A DNA stretch of 64,000 nucleotides from an uncultured Planctomycetota bacterium (GTDB lineage: Bacteria; Planctomycetota; Planctomycetia; Isosphaerales; Isosphaeraceae): positions 2,560,001 to 2,624,000 of the forward strand of contig CAVTTN010000002.1 of NCBI GenBank assembly GCA_963737655.1, in the 5' to 3' direction. Positions 41,988 through 53,080 of this stretch are shown here, piece by piece (the first letter of the stretch is position 1; each line of letters opens with the position of its first letter). The translations under genes were made by a program, and so were the position numbers. The notes beneath the pieces were generated by a model. It was not told the DNA's origin. It searched no databases and was given only the letters and a program-made list of their open reading frames with translations.

Positions 41988-43001
41988 CTAGCGGTGGGCT
42001 TCCTTCGATCTGGCCGACTCGGCCGGCCCAATGCGGCTGTAGTCGAAGGCGGGGTTGTTGAGCGTGTCGCTGATGATCCGCTCCAGGTCGGCGGCGGCCT
42101 CCTCGGGGGTGGAAGCGACCACGCCCCGGTCACGGCCGCGGGCTTCGAGGATCGCGGCGGCTTGCGCGACGTCCTCGGGGTGGTATCGGAGGCGGAACGC
42201 GGACCCGGTCGCACCCAGTAGGCAGTTGTGGCGGGTCGCGTGCTCGACGATCCCGTATCTCGGCTGCAGTCTGTCGGCCAGCCTCTCCGGGTCGATCCGC
42301 CGGGTGCACACGAGCCTGGCCCGGGACGGCCGGCCGGGCTGGGGGGCCGCCTCGTGCCGGACGGAGGCCCCGTGTGGGACGCCGTGGGGCACCACGATAG
42401 TTGCCCGGCGGCCCCGGGGCGGGTCGCGCCGGCCCGGCTCCTCATCGGCCTTCCTCTGCATCCTCGCCAGGGAGTCGGGCAGGTCCGCGATGCCAAGGTC
42501 GAATCCCCGGATCACGCAGTAGGTGTTGCCGCTCTTGTGGAGTGAGCCGGGGCCGATGACGTAGCCCCCTAGACCCTTCAGATCCAGGCCGCGGGAGCCG
42601 CTCAGAGGCCCTTGCTTCGTCGCATGCCCGTACGCGCAGCGGAGCTGGTCCTGCGAGCCGAAGTAATAGTGGCGGCCTTCCGGGTGCCCCCCGCTTCGGA
42701 CCGTCGCGGTCGACGTCAGCACGTCGGGGGCCAGCCCGCAGGAGGCCATGAGGCGGCCCAGGCTCTCGATGCCCCCTGATTTCGGATCGACGTCGAGGAC
42801 AACCAGGTAGCGGCCGTCGGGCAGCGGGCCGCCAGTGCACACCAGGTAGCTGCGGAAGGGGCGGCCGTGGCAGTCTCGCTCCCACCGGCCCCGGACGACC
42901 GGCATGGAGGTGGAGGCGGACTCCTGCCAGCCCGGGGCCATCGGCCGCTTCTTATCCGTGGCGGGCAGTACGGGTAGGCCGTGCCCTGCCAGGCATCCCA
43001 T
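41988..43001 (-). CDS. Bifunctional DNA primase/polymerase (Prim-Pol), start uncertain
   Basis: G.PVLP...K.P...GWQ, VVLDVD, GRHYYF, LDLKG.GGYVIGPGSLHKSG..Y, then a PriCT-like RHN.L segment. Confidence 0.82.
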   Translation of the reverse strand: MGCLAGHGLPVLPATDKKRPMAPGWQESASTSMPVVRGRWERDCHGRPFRSYLVCTGGPLPDGRYLVVLDVDPKSGGIESLGRLMASCGLAPDVLTSTATVRSGGHPEGRHYYFGSQDQLRCAYGHATKQGPLSGSRGLDLKGLGGYVIGPGSLHKSGNTYCVIRGFDLGIADLPDSLARMQRKADEEPGRRDPPRGRRATIVVPHGVPHGASVRHEAAPQPGRPSRARLVCTRRIDPERLADRLQPRYGIVEHATRHNCLLGATGSAFRLRYHPEDVAQAAAILEARGRDRGVVASTPEEAAADLERIISDTLNNPAFDYSRIGPAESARSKEAHR

Positions 43002-43503
43002 CTCCGCCCACAGGGCCGGATCGACGGCCCAACCCCGGGACCGAGGTTTGCCGCCCCCTTGAGCTTCATCAGAATGCCGAATACTATTTGGTGTCACGAA
43101 GACGCTCTGACGAAGCGTAGTTGGCGCTCCTCCGGGCGTCACGCCAGCGACGACCGAGGAAACACGATGAGGCCCCGGGGATCCGCACCCCCGGGGCTTC
43201 TCGAATTTTAGGCGGTCGCCGGCTCCCACGACAGTGGCACACCCTCGCGAGCCGCAGCGCACGATCCTAGGCGACCGAGCCGCCCTGGGTCGAGACGCCC
43301 GGAGGGGCCGGCTCAAGGCGACCGGCGCGGGGTGGAAGCGGCTTCCACATCCGGCACCGCGGCTGCTCCTCCGGGACGCGGGGCGGAGGCCGTCGGGCCG
43401 CCCGGCAGGACCGGGCCCCGCGGCCGGCTTGCCATCCGTGGCCGCGGTCCCGAATAATGGGGTCGTCCCCGCGTCGCGAGGGTGGCCGAGGAGGCGCACG
43501 CCC

Positions 43504-43686
43504 ATGGCGGACGAGGCGGCGGGCCGCGAGGCGCCCGAGCGGTCCCGATCGGCGTATGAGGTCGGCGAACGGAGGCTCGGGCGGGTGGCCCCGGGCCGCG
43601 GCGGCCGGCCCCAGCACGAGGGCCTCTGCCCGGCGCACGCCGACCGTCGCTCGCCGTGACCCACGACCACCGCGACGTGACTTGCG
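43504..43686 (+). pseudogene. Second truncated copy of the Zn-finger-Toprim gene
   Basis: MADEAAGREA..CPAHADRR; 7-bp deletion between TCGC microhomologies relative to the 55094 copy. Confidence 0.8.
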
Positions 43687-44182
43687 GCCGAGGGCGACGG
43701 GGGAAAGCCTCGTAAACCCTTGCCCAAAATCTCTTACCAGGCCGGGCCGGATTCGCAAGCGTCCTCCTACCGGAGCGGAAAATCGCGAGGAATCGCGGCA
43801 TCCCGCCGTCCGACCCGGTAGTCTTCCGGTAGTCGCGGAGGTGACGTCCACGACGCGGATGGACGTCCCTGGTCATCCGGCCCGCGGTCGATCTCAGGCC
43901 CTCCGGCCGAGCGGGTCGGCCGGGTACATCCGGGGCTCGGCGTCCGTCGATTCAAGGAAAATCCCTTGCGGCCCCGCCTCACCCGCCTCAGGAGGACTCG
44001 GTCGGGATGGGTGGACGCCGCGTCCACCCCGCCGCGTCCCGGGCCTCGGTCGGGTCGTAGGAGGCCCGGCCCATCGATCCCCGTGCTCCACCCGCAGGCT
44101 TCAATCGTTCCCCGTGGGGGCATGAGGGGCGGTCCGCCCGACATTAGCGGTGGGGCGCCCGGATGGCCCTCGGCGCCCGAGG

Positions 44183-45400
44183 CAGGGTCGATCGGTTATT
44201 TAATCTGTAGTAGACTCCCGGTTCCTCTCTGGGAGTGTATGACACCGATGACCTACGCACCCCCCGGCAGCCTGCTCGCATTCCTCGCCGAGGTCCCCGA
44301 CCCGCGGTCCCGGCACGGCCGGAGGCATCCGATGGTCGCGATGCTGGCCCACGCCTGCTGCGCCATCCTCTGCGGGTGCCGCGGCTATGCCGCCATCGCC
44401 CAGTGGGGCCGGGACCAGCCGATCGAGCTCATGCACCGCCTCGGCTACCGCCGCCGGCCCGCCTCCTTCGGCGCCTTCCAGGCCCTCTTCGCCCGCCTCC
44501 CGGCCGACGCCCTGGAGGCCGCCGTGGCCCGCTGGGCCGAGCACCTGCTGGGGCCGCGGGCCGGCCCGGGCCTGCGGGCCGTGGCGCTCGACGGCAAGTC
44601 CTCCCGCGGCAGCGGCACGGCCGCCGCCCCCGCGGTCCACCTGCTGGCGGCCCTGGACCAGCAGACCGGGTGCGTGCTGGCCCAGGCCCGCGTCCCGGCC
44701 GAGACCAACGAGCACAAGGCGGCGCTGCGGCTCCTGGAGGGGATGGTGCTGGAGGGCCGCGTGATCACCGGCGACGCGGCGTTCTGCCAGCGCGATCTGT
44801 GCCGCCAGGTGGTCGACGCCGGCGGCCACTACCTGGTCAAGGTCGACGACAACCAGCCGACCCTGAAGGCGGACATCGCGGCCGCCTTCGGGCCGGCCTT
44901 TTCCCCCCTACGGCCGGCGGAAGGCGGCCGAGCAGGCCGACGTGGCGACGGCCCTGGACAAGCACGGCGGGCGGGTCGAGCGGCGGGTGCTGCGGACGAC
45001 CACGGCGCTCAACGGCTACCTGGACTGGCCGGGGGTGGCGCAGGTCGGGCTCCTGGAGCGGACGGTCGCGGCCGGGGGTGGGGTGACCGTGGAGGTCCAG
45101 TACCTGATCACCAGCGTGCCGCGCGTCAGCGCCGAGGCGGCGGCGCTCCTGGGGTGGGTGCGGGGCCACTGGGGGATCGAGAACCGGCTGCACTACGTCC
45201 GGGACGTGACGATGGGGGAGGACGCCAACCGGACCCGGAGCGGGTCGGGGCCGCAGGCGCTGGCGGCGCTGCGGAACCTGGCCGTCAGTAAGCTGCGGCT
45301 CGACGGGGTGACGAACATCGCCGCCGGCCTGCGGCGGAACGCCGCCCGCGTCCGAGACCTGCTCGCGAGCTTGTGCATCTTGAAACACTGATCGGCCCTG
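44183..45400 (+). mobile_element. ISAs1-family insertion sequence
   Basis: IRs CAGGGTCGATCGGT / CAGGGCCGATCAGT; perfect 10-bp target duplication GCGCCCGAGG (44173-44182, 45401-45410). Confidence 0.95.
44248..45391 (+). CDS. ISAs1 transposase split at T4C6 (44899-44908)
   Basis: VPDPR...GRRH, ALDGK, K/TNE, ITGDA.FCQ, VK.NQP, then RGHWGIENRLHYVRDV..GED. Confidence 0.9.
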
Positions 45401-45499
45401 GCGCCCGAGGATCGCTGCTACCGCTGGCCGGTCGAATCTGATTTGATGGAGGCGGAGCCTCGCGACGGTGCGATTCGCGGTCCCCGGGAACGATCTTCG

Positions 45500-48400
45500 A
45501 TGAGCGACCTCACGCCCAACCTGGACGAGACCACGCCCCCCGGGACGGCGCCGAGCACCTGGGCCGTCGTCGCCCCCTCCGGGACGACCGCCCCCGCCGT
45601 CCGCCTCCCCGACGACTCGCCGGAGGCCGCCGCCGGTCCTCCCGGCCCGACCGCCTCGGCGGGCCGCTACGAGATCCTCGACGAGATCGCCCGGGGCGGC
45701 ATGGGCGCCGTCCTCCGCGGCCGCGACCCCGAACTCAATCGCGAGCTGGCCATCAAGGTCCTTTTGGAGCGGTTCCGCGACAATCCCGAGGTCCTCCGCC
45801 GCTTCTTCGAGGAGGCCCAGATCGGCGGCCAGTTGCAGCACCCCGGGATCGTCCCGATCTACGACCTCGGCGTGTTTCCCGACGACCGCCCGTTCTTCGC
45901 CATGAAGCTGGTGAAGGGGCGGACGCTCTCGGCGCTGCTCAAGGAGCGGTCCTCGCCGGCCGACGACCTCCCCCGGTTCGTGGGGGTCTTCCACCAGATC
46001 GCGCAGACGGTCGCCTACGCCCACTCGAAGCGGGTGATCCACCGCGATTTGAAGCCGCCGAACGTGATGGTGGGCGCCTTCGGCGAGGTCCAGGTGATGG
46101 ACTGGGGCCTCGCCAAGGTGCTCGGGGGCGGAGATTCCTCGGACGTCGCCCCGGCCGAGACCGAGGCGGCCCCGAGCCTGATCGAGACGGCCCGGACCGG
46201 CTCGGAAAGCGACGCCACCTCGGCCGGTTCGAAGATGGGGACGCCCGCCTACATGGCCCCGGAGCAGGCCCGGGGCGAGGTCGATCGGACCGACGAGCGG
46301 GCCGACGTCTTCGGCCTCGGCGCGATCCTCTGCGAGGTCCTGACCGGCTCGCCCGCCTACACCGGCCGGAACGGGGCCGAGGTGATGCGCAAGGCCGAGT
46401 TCGCCGACATCTCCGACGCCCTGGCCCGGCTCGGCGCCTGCGGGGCCGACCCGGAGCTCGTCGCCCTCGCCAAAAAATGCCTGGCCCGGGAACCCGAGGA
46501 CCGGCCCCGGGACGCCTCGGGCGTGGCCCTGGCGGTGGCGGATCACCTGGCGGGCGTCCAGGACCGCCTCCGCAAGGCCGAGATCGCCCGGGCCGAAGCC
46601 GCCGCGAGGGCCGTGGCGGAGCGAGCGAAGCGGAAGCTGACGGCGGCCCTGGCGGCGGCCGTCATCCTGGCCGGGGCGGTCGGCGGGGGCTCGTTCCTGG
46701 CCTTCCGGCTCGACCGTCAGGCGAAGCTCGCCGAGGCCGACCGGATCATCGGCGACGCCCTGGCCCGGGCCGAATCCGCGAGGGACGAGGCCCGCCGGTC
46801 GGGTCCCGAGGACACCAACGCCTGGCCCCGGGCCCTGAGGGCCGCCGAGGGCGCCCACGAGGCCATGACCGGCCGACCGGTGCGGGCCGATCTGGCCTCC
46901 CGGGTCGCCGCGACCCTGGCCGACGCCCAAAGGGCCGAGGCCGACCGCCGCCTGGCCGATCGCCTGGACGAGGCCCGCCTCCGCGGCGCCGCCGTCAAGA
47001 ACGGAGGCTACGATGGCGACGCCAAGATCGCCGCCTACGCCGAGGCGTTCCGCGAGGCGAGCCTGTCTCCGGGGGATCGTCCGGCGGCGGAGATCGTCGC
47101 CCGGCTGTCCGGCTCGGCCGAGGCCCCGCGGATCGCCGGGGCCCTGGACGACTGGAGCCGAAACAAGACGGCCGCGCCGATCAAGACCGATCTGATCGCG
47201 GTGGCCGAGGGGATCGACCCGGCGAACAACCCGATCCGGCGGGCGATCCGCTCGAAGGACCGGATGACGCTCGCGAGGCTGACGACCGACGACGCGGCCC
47301 GCCGCCTCTCGCCGGCCGCGGCCATGGTCGTCGCCAAGGCCCTGATCGCCCTGGGGATGCATGACGAGGCGATCGGCGTGCTCTCCGCCGCTCGGGTGCG
47401 ACGGCCCGGCGACTTCTGGCTGAACCAGGATCTCGGGATGGCCCTTCTCGAAGAGTCTCCCTCGCGGCCGGAGGAGGCGTCCCGTTTCCTGACGGCCGCC
47501 GCGGCGTTGCGACCGGAGAGCCCCGGCGTCCACCTGAACCTCGGTAGCGCCCTGTCCGGTTCGGGCCGCAAGTCGGAAGCGGAGAAGGAGTACCGCGAGG
47601 CCATCGCACTCGACCCGAAGTACGCCAGGGTGCACGACGGCCTCGGCATCCTCCTGTCCGGTTCGGGCCGTCTGGCGGAGGCGGAGAAGGAGTTCCGCGA
47701 GGCCATCGCACTCGACCCGAAGGACGCCAGGGTGCACGTCGGCCTCGGCGTCCTCCTGTCCGGTTCGGGCCGCAAGGCGGAGGCGGAGAAGGAGTTCCGC
47801 GAGGCCATCGCACTCGACCCGAAGCTCGCCATGCCGCATTCCAACCTCGGCCTCCTCCTGTCCGGTTCGGGCCGCCGGGCCGAGGCGGAGGAGGAGTTTC
47901 GCGGGGCGATCCGCCTCGACCCGAAGCTCGCCCCGGCGCACGCCAACCTCGGATCCCTCCTGTCCGGTTCGGGCCGTTTGGCGGAGGCGGAGAAGGCGTA
48001 CCGCGAGGCCATCGCACTCGACCCGAAGCTCGCCATGCCGCATTCCAACCTCGGCGGCCTGCTGGCCGGTTCGGGCCGCCGGGCCGAGGCGGAGGAGGAG
48101 TTTCGCGAGGCCATCGCACTCGACCCGAAGCTCGCCGAGGCTCACTGCAACCTCGGGATCGCCCTGCGCGGTCAGGGTCGCCTCCGCGAGGCCCTCGAAG
48201 AGCTGAAGCGCGGCGATGAGCTGGGCTCGGCCCGGCCGGACTGGCGGTATCCTTCGGATCCGTGGGTCAAGGAGTGCGCTGCGATGGTGGCCCTGGAGGA
48301 CCGGCTCCCGGCCTTGCTCCGGGGCCAGGATTCCCCGAAGGATGATGCCGAACGGCTGAAGCTCGGCCAACTCGGATACGACACCAGGCGATTTGCCGCC

Positions 48401-48799
48401 TCGGTGCGGTTTTGGGGCGAGGCGCTCGACCATGATCCCAGGCTCGGCGACGACCGACGAACCCTGGTCCGCTACAACGGGGCGTGCTCGGCGGCGCTGG
48501 CGGCCTCGGGGGCGGGGGTCGATGACCCGAAGCCCGATCAGGCGGCGCGGGACGCCCTGAGGGGCCGGGCCCTGGGCTGGCTCCGCGAGGATTTGAAGGC
48601 GTTAGAGGCGTTCGCCCTCTCGGCCGAGAAGGGGAACCGGGAGGTCGTGGCTCAAACGCTCGCCCACTGGAAGGGGGACGCCGACCTCGCCTCGGTCCGC
48701 GACCGCGACGCCCTGGCGAAGCTCCCGGAGGCCGAGCGGAAGGCATGGGAGGCGCTCTGGGCCGATGTCGAGACCCTTCGGGCCAAGGTCCGCCCCTGA
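45500..48799 (+). CDS. Ser/Thr protein kinase-TM-TPR protein (intact)
   Basis: ARGGMG, LAIK, HRDLKPPN, DWG, GTPAYMAPE, TM helix, six 34-aa TPRs and a C-terminal LGWLR..L / W..LW domain. Confidence 0.93.
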   Translation: MSDLTPNLDETTPPGTAPSTWAVVAPSGTTAPAVRLPDDSPEAAAGPPGPTASAGRYEILDEIARGGMGAVLRGRDPELNRELAIKVLLERFRDNPEVLRRFFEEAQIGGQLQHPGIVPIYDLGVFPDDRPFFAMKLVKGRTLSALLKERSSPADDLPRFVGVFHQIAQTVAYAHSKRVIHRDLKPPNVMVGAFGEVQVMDWGLAKVLGGGDSSDVAPAETEAAPSLIETARTGSESDATSAGSKMGTPAYMAPEQARGEVDRTDERADVFGLGAILCEVLTGSPAYTGRNGAEVMRKAEFADISDALARLGACGADPELVALAKKCLAREPEDRPRDASGVALAVADHLAGVQDRLRKAEIARAEAAARAVAERAKRKLTAALAAAVILAGAVGGGSFLAFRLDRQAKLAEADRIIGDALARAESARDEARRSGPEDTNAWPRALRAAEGAHEAMTGRPVRADLASRVAATLADAQRAEADRRLADRLDEARLRGAAVKNGGYDGDAKIAAYAEAFREASLSPGDRPAAEIVARLSGSAEAPRIAGALDDWSRNKTAAPIKTDLIAVAEGIDPANNPIRRAIRSKDRMTLARLTTDDAARRLSPAAAMVVAKALIALGMHDEAIGVLSAARVRRPGDFWLNQDLGMALLEESPSRPEEASRFLTAAAALRPESPGVHLNLGSALSGSGRKSEAEKEYREAIALDPKYARVHDGLGILLSGSGRLAEAEKEFREAIALDPKDARVHVGLGVLLSGSGRKAEAEKEFREAIALDPKLAMPHSNLGLLLSGSGRRAEAEEEFRGAIRLDPKLAPAHANLGSLLSGSGRLAEAEKAYREAIALDPKLAMPHSNLGGLLAGSGRRAEAEEEFREAIALDPKLAEAHCNLGIALRGQGRLREALEELKRGDELGSARPDWRYPSDPWVKECAAMVALEDRLPALLRGQDSPKDDAERLKLGQLGYDTRRFAASVRFWGEALDHDPRLGDDRRTLVRYNGACSAALAASGAGVDDPKPDQAARDALRGRALGWLREDLKALEAFALSAEKGNREVVAQTLAHWKGDADLASVRDRDALAKLPEAERKAWEALWADVETLRAKVRP
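47540..48170 (+). repeat. 102-bp tandem TPR-coding repeats
   Basis: GAGGCCATCGCACTCGACCCGAAG at 47597, 47699, 47801, 48005 and 48107, with a variant at 47903. Confidence 0.92.
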
Positions 48800-49033
48800 T
48801 CGCCCCGGCCCGGGGGGATCGCCGAGGGTCCCTCGCACGGTCCTGGTCGTCGGGGATCGGGAGAGTGCCCGGTGCCGAGGGCCGCATCGAGCGTCCTTCA
48901 GGGTGCGGTTCGATCCGTGGAATGGCCGGGCGACGCCACGCCTCACGATCGCGACGCCCGGACCATCCCCATGATCCCGGCCCGGATCGCCTCGGGCAGG
49001 GTCGGCCAGGCGTCCGCTGAAGGCCCGGCGAGG

Positions 49034-49422
49034 ATGCGTCGTCACGCGAGGTCCGGGGGACCGGAGTGAACCGCGACGAGGCCCCGCCGGCCGGCCTCCT
49101 AGCCCCGCCGGACTTCGGTCCCGGGCGGGGCGAGGAGGTGCCCCTCGGGCGGGTCGTCCTCGACCCGAGGCTGTCGGCCCGCGCCGAGATCGACGAGGCC
49201 CCGGTCGAGCCCGACCCGGGTGGCGCGGTCGGCCCTGAGGGACCGCGCCTGGAAGCGGCTTCCACCCCCGGGCCGGCGGTTGTGACGGACCCGCCGAGGT
49301 TCGACGAGGAGCACCTGGCCGAGCCGCTGCCGTCCGACCGGCACGAGGGAGAGGCCCGGGAGCGGTGCCGCGGGGTCGCGCTGTTCCGGCGGTCCCGCCC
49401 GGCACCCGAGGGGTCCCGGTGA
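49034..49422 (+). pseudogene. Internally deleted copy of the ParB-like gene
   Basis: APPDFGPG..EV.LGR.VLDP..SARAE.D and DE..LAE match the start and late part of 52022-53080; the ParB core and HTH are missing. Confidence 0.75.
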
Positions 49423-49868
49423 TGAGGCACCCGGAGGCACGGCTCCGCGAGGGCCGGTCCCCTTCCCGCGTCGAGCCCGGGGTCAAGCGGCCTGGCCCCC
49501 GGCGTCGATGGGGCCGCTTCCGCACCGCCCTCACCGCAGCCGGGGCCGGTCTGTGGCCCGCGACGAGCACGCCGGGTCGCGGGGTGGACGCGGCGTCCGT
49601 CCGTCGGGCGTGCCCGGGTTCGAGGGGCATGCCGGGCTGGGACCGAGGCCGCGTCGCGGTCCGATGGGTTCCCGCCCGCGGGACCTCGCGGCGGGACGTC
49701 GGCCTCGACGTCCGCGAGGCCGGGGCGGCGGGCCTCGGCACGACGGTACGCGGCCAATCGCGTCCTCTGCCCGACGACGCCCGCGAGGCCCGAAGATGGG
49801 GGCCGAGGCCGGGGATCGGGGGCGATCGGACCCCGCTCGCGACCCCGGCCCGATGAGGGACTCGCACG

Positions 49869-50227
49869 ATGAGCATCGACCAGCCCGCCGACCTCCCCCG
49901 AGCCGGCCGCCCCGAGCCGGGGCCGCACGACCTGATGACCCCGGCCCAGGCGTGCAGGCACCTGCCCCGGCGTCGCGGCGGCCGGCCGCCCCACGTCGCC
50001 ACGATCTACCGCTGGATGGGTGGCTCGCGGGGCGTGAAGCTGGACTACGTCCAGGTCGGCGGTACCAGGTGCGTGACGCTGGCCGGCCTGTACCGCTTCT
50101 TCGATGAGCTCAAGGCGGCCAAGGCGGCCCGGGCCGGCGACGCCCCGGCCCCGCCGTCGAGGACGCCGTCGGCCCGGGCCCGGCGCTGGCGGCCGTCGAT
50201 CGCGAGCTCGACCGGCTCGGGGTCTGA
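49869..50227 (+). CDS. DUF1580/AlpA-like HTH (putative excisionase), frameshift near 50183
   Basis: L.T..QA...LP.RRGG..PH.AT.YRW..G..GVKL..VQVGG...T....RF; one extra G gives the C-terminal ALAAVDRELDRLGV*. Confidence 0.8.
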
Positions 50228-50341
50228 CCGGGGCCCTGGACGCGGCGTCCACGCGCCAGGGCCGACTGCCCCGAGGAACAGGATCGGCCGAAATAAATAG
50301 TCCACATATCATATTTTCCCGACTTGATCAACCCCAGAGGC

Positions 50342-51080
50342 TCACGATCCTGGGGTCGGGGCGATGCCTCGCGGGCCGGCACCTGGCGGCGTCGCCCAGG
50401 TAAAAGGCGACGACGGCATGCCCTGGTGGCCGGCCTGGGGCGGGACCCGGCGATGAGCCGAGGAGGCCCCGCCCCGGGCCGGCCGCATGATCGCCTCGAG
50501 CGCCCCGAGCAGTGTCGCGATGCCCTCGCGGGGGTGGCGGAGCCACTCGTAGGGCTCGCCGATCTCGGGGTGGAGCGAGCCGGCACCGACGACATAGCCC
50601 CCGACGCCCTTGAGGTCCAGGCCCGGGAAGCCTTCCAGGGGCCGCCCTTCTTGCCGCCCCCGGCGGACTTGAGGAGGAGCTCCGACCGGAAGAAGAGGGG
50701 CCGTCCGTCGCGATGGCCCCCGCTCCGGGCGGTCGCGGTCCGCAGGAACTCGTCGCGGTCGATCCCGTGGAGGACCAGGAGCCGCTCCAGGCTCTCCCGA
50801 CCCCCGGACCGAGGATCGATGTCGACGACGTAGAGGTAGGACCGGTCGGGCAGGGCGACGCCCGTGCGGATGCCATAGCCGGTGCAGAACGCCGGGCGGC
50901 GCCCCCACCGCCGCCCCCACTTGCCGCGGAAGCCGGCTATCGTCCGCCTGGCGTCTCGTTGCCACCCCGGCATGAGCGGCGTCTTGCCCTCGACGGGGAA
51001 GACGCTCGGGCCGTGCGCCGTGGCGTCCTCGATGGCCGACCACGGGACGGCCCTGTACCAGGCCGTCGGCCAGACGACAT
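50342..51080 (-). pseudogene. Second Prim-Pol paralog, frameshifted near 50638, boundaries approximate
   Basis: VFPV.GK.P..PGWQ, VVDIDP.SGG.ESL, RSGGH..GRPLFF (catalytic His replaced by Pro) and LDLKG.GGYVVG.GSLH. Confidence 0.72.
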
Positions 51081-52021
51081 GCCGCGGGGCCCCCGCACCT
51101 GCTTCTGATCGGATCCCTGAGGTGCATTCGTGCTCGGCTTCATCGCGATGCCCTCGTCGAGCGAAGCCCGGACTCGAAGGTCACCCTGCCGGCGGCGAGG
51201 CGACCGAGGAGGCCGGGCGGGGTCGTGGCACCGGCCCCAAGTCGCTCCGTCATCGTCCTGTGGATTCGCGTTTTCGGCGACGGTGGCCCGGCCTCCGCTC
51301 GGCGGCCCAATCTCGCCATTTTACGTGCACTGTAGTACATTAACCAGGGCTCGGTCCTCAAGCTGCCGTGCGCCCGGGCCCGCCTCCCCGGGATCGCGAG
51401 GGTGATCGGGCCACGGCGTCGACCCTCGGCGGGGCATCGAAGGGCCCGAGGCCGCGACCGAACCGGTCCCGGGCGCTGTTCCCGCGGCGAGGCAGGAGGC
51501 CCTCCGGGGGCTTCCCGAGGCTTCGAGACCGGACGGCCGGTGTGGGCCGGGGATCGCTCCTGCGTGGAGCCGGGGCCGCCACACGCGATACTCGGAGGGA
51601 TGGCCGATGCTGAGCCGACGATACGGCCGGGAGTGCCGCCGGGTGACCATGCACCGGCAGACCCGCGTGCCCCTCTCCGACGGGGCGAAGGTCCGCTTGC
51701 CGCCGGCGTGCGAGGACTGCCGGTCCCGCGACGAGCCGGCCCCGGCCCCCGAGGCGGCCCGGGGGCCGGCCGCTCCTGCCTCCTCGAGGGGAGGACCGTG
51801 AGCCTCGCCGGCCCGCCGATCGGGCCGCGTGGCCGGCCTCGGGCGTGGCCGCATCTCGGGCCGGCGGCGCCGGATCGGCCTCCTCGCCGACGGCCGCCGT
51901 CGTGCGGACGAGCGTCGACGGCCCGTGCGGGCGGGGCCCCGGGCCGCCGGACGCGGCGAGTCCCTCGCTCGCCCGACGCCGCCCGCCCCCCGGCCGGACG
52001 GGCCGTGGCGTGCCCTACGCG

Positions 52022-53080
52022 TCAACGGGTCCGGTGATAGCCGTTGCCGCGGCAGTGTCCGCAGGGCTTCCCGTCCTTGAGCGTGGTCCCGTCGCAGCCC
52101 AGGCACAGCTTCCACTGCATCGGCCCGGGCCGCTCGACGAACGACCGGATCGCGACGGCCTCGGGCGTGTCCCAGCCCGACTGCCCCTTCTTGACCAGGG
52201 CGGACAGGTCCTTGAGGGTCTGGGCCATGGTCGGCAGGGCACGGGCCCGCCGGTACAGCAGGGCGGCCATTTGATAATTCTCCCGGGCCTGGCCCCTGAG
52301 CTTCGGGAGCAGGGGCAGCTCGGCCAGGTATTGCTCGTCGGACTTCTCGTCGTCCCGGACCACCACGGGGGCGGCCGGAGGGGACGCCGCTCCGACCTCC
52401 TCGGGGGTCGGGCCCGACGGGTCGATCGAGGCCTCGGGCCGCGGCTCCCGCGACCCGGCCGCAAGCCCCGGGGCCCGGCGGGGCGGGGGCCTCAGCGCCG
52501 CCTCGGGGCGGCCGCCCGCCCCCTCGAGCTGCTGGCGGACCTGGTTCACCAGCGTGTGCCCGACCCCGAGGTGGCGGGCGATCCGCCGATTCGACCACCC
52601 CGCCCACTCCGGGTCGGCGAGCAGGGTCAGGACCGCCTTGCGGAGGTCGGCGGAGGTCCGCCGCCGGCCCGACCGGTCGTGGGCGGCGTTGGCCGCGAGG
52701 CCGAAGAGCAGGGCCTCCCGCCTTCCCCCCGGCCGGAGCGTCGCCGCGATCGATGGCCGGCCCAGCCTCCGGGCCGCGGCGACCCGGTGGAAGCCGTCGG
52801 CCAGCCAGGCCCGGCCGTCGGCGTCGAAGAAAGCGGCGACCGGGGGGAAGGCGTCGCCTTGCCGCATGGCCTCGGCGTAGTTCTCCACCAGCCCGTCGTC
52901 CACCTCGGCCCGGGCCGACATCCCCGGGTCGAGGACCAGCCTGCCGAGGGCCACCTCCCGGTCCTGACCCGGCCCGAAGTCCGGCGGGGCGTCGGGGTCC
53001 GCCGCCTCCACGCCCCCTCCCGGGACCGCCTCGCCCTCGAACACCGGACCTCCGTCTTTGGTCGCGACACCTCGTCGCAT
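52022..53080 (-). CDS. ParB/Srx N-terminal domain-HTH protein with C-terminal CxxC..CxxCxG Zn finger
   Basis: V..YAEAM..G..FPPV, LADGFHRVAA, AN..H, WSNRRIARHLGVGH..V and CLGCDG..CGHCRGNG; GGAGA RBS. Confidence 0.82.
   Translation of the reverse strand: MRRGVATKDGGPVFEGEAVPGGGVEAADPDAPPDFGPGQDREVALGRLVLDPGMSARAEVDDGLVENYAEAMRQGDAFPPVAAFFDADGRAWLADGFHRVAAARRLGRPSIAATLRPGGRREALLFGLAANAAHDRSGRRRTSADLRKAVLTLLADPEWAGWSNRRIARHLGVGHTLVNQVRQQLEGAGGRPEAALRPPPRRAPGLAAGSREPRPEASIDPSGPTPEEVGAASPPAAPVVVRDDEKSDEQYLAELPLLPKLRGQARENYQMAALLYRRARALPTMAQTLKDLSALVKKGQSGWDTPEAVAIRSFVERPGPMQWKLCLGCDGTTLKDGKPCGHCRGNGYHRTR

Noticed and set aside
47540..48170. CRISPR or diversity-generating repeats
   Set aside because: 102-bp in-frame TPR units; no spacers and no reverse transcriptase nearby.
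44837..48433. 1198-aa minus-strand ORF and similar long shadow ORFs (e.g. 11339-13999, 20437-22743)
   Set aside because: Antisense to well-supported genes; expected in high-GC DNA.
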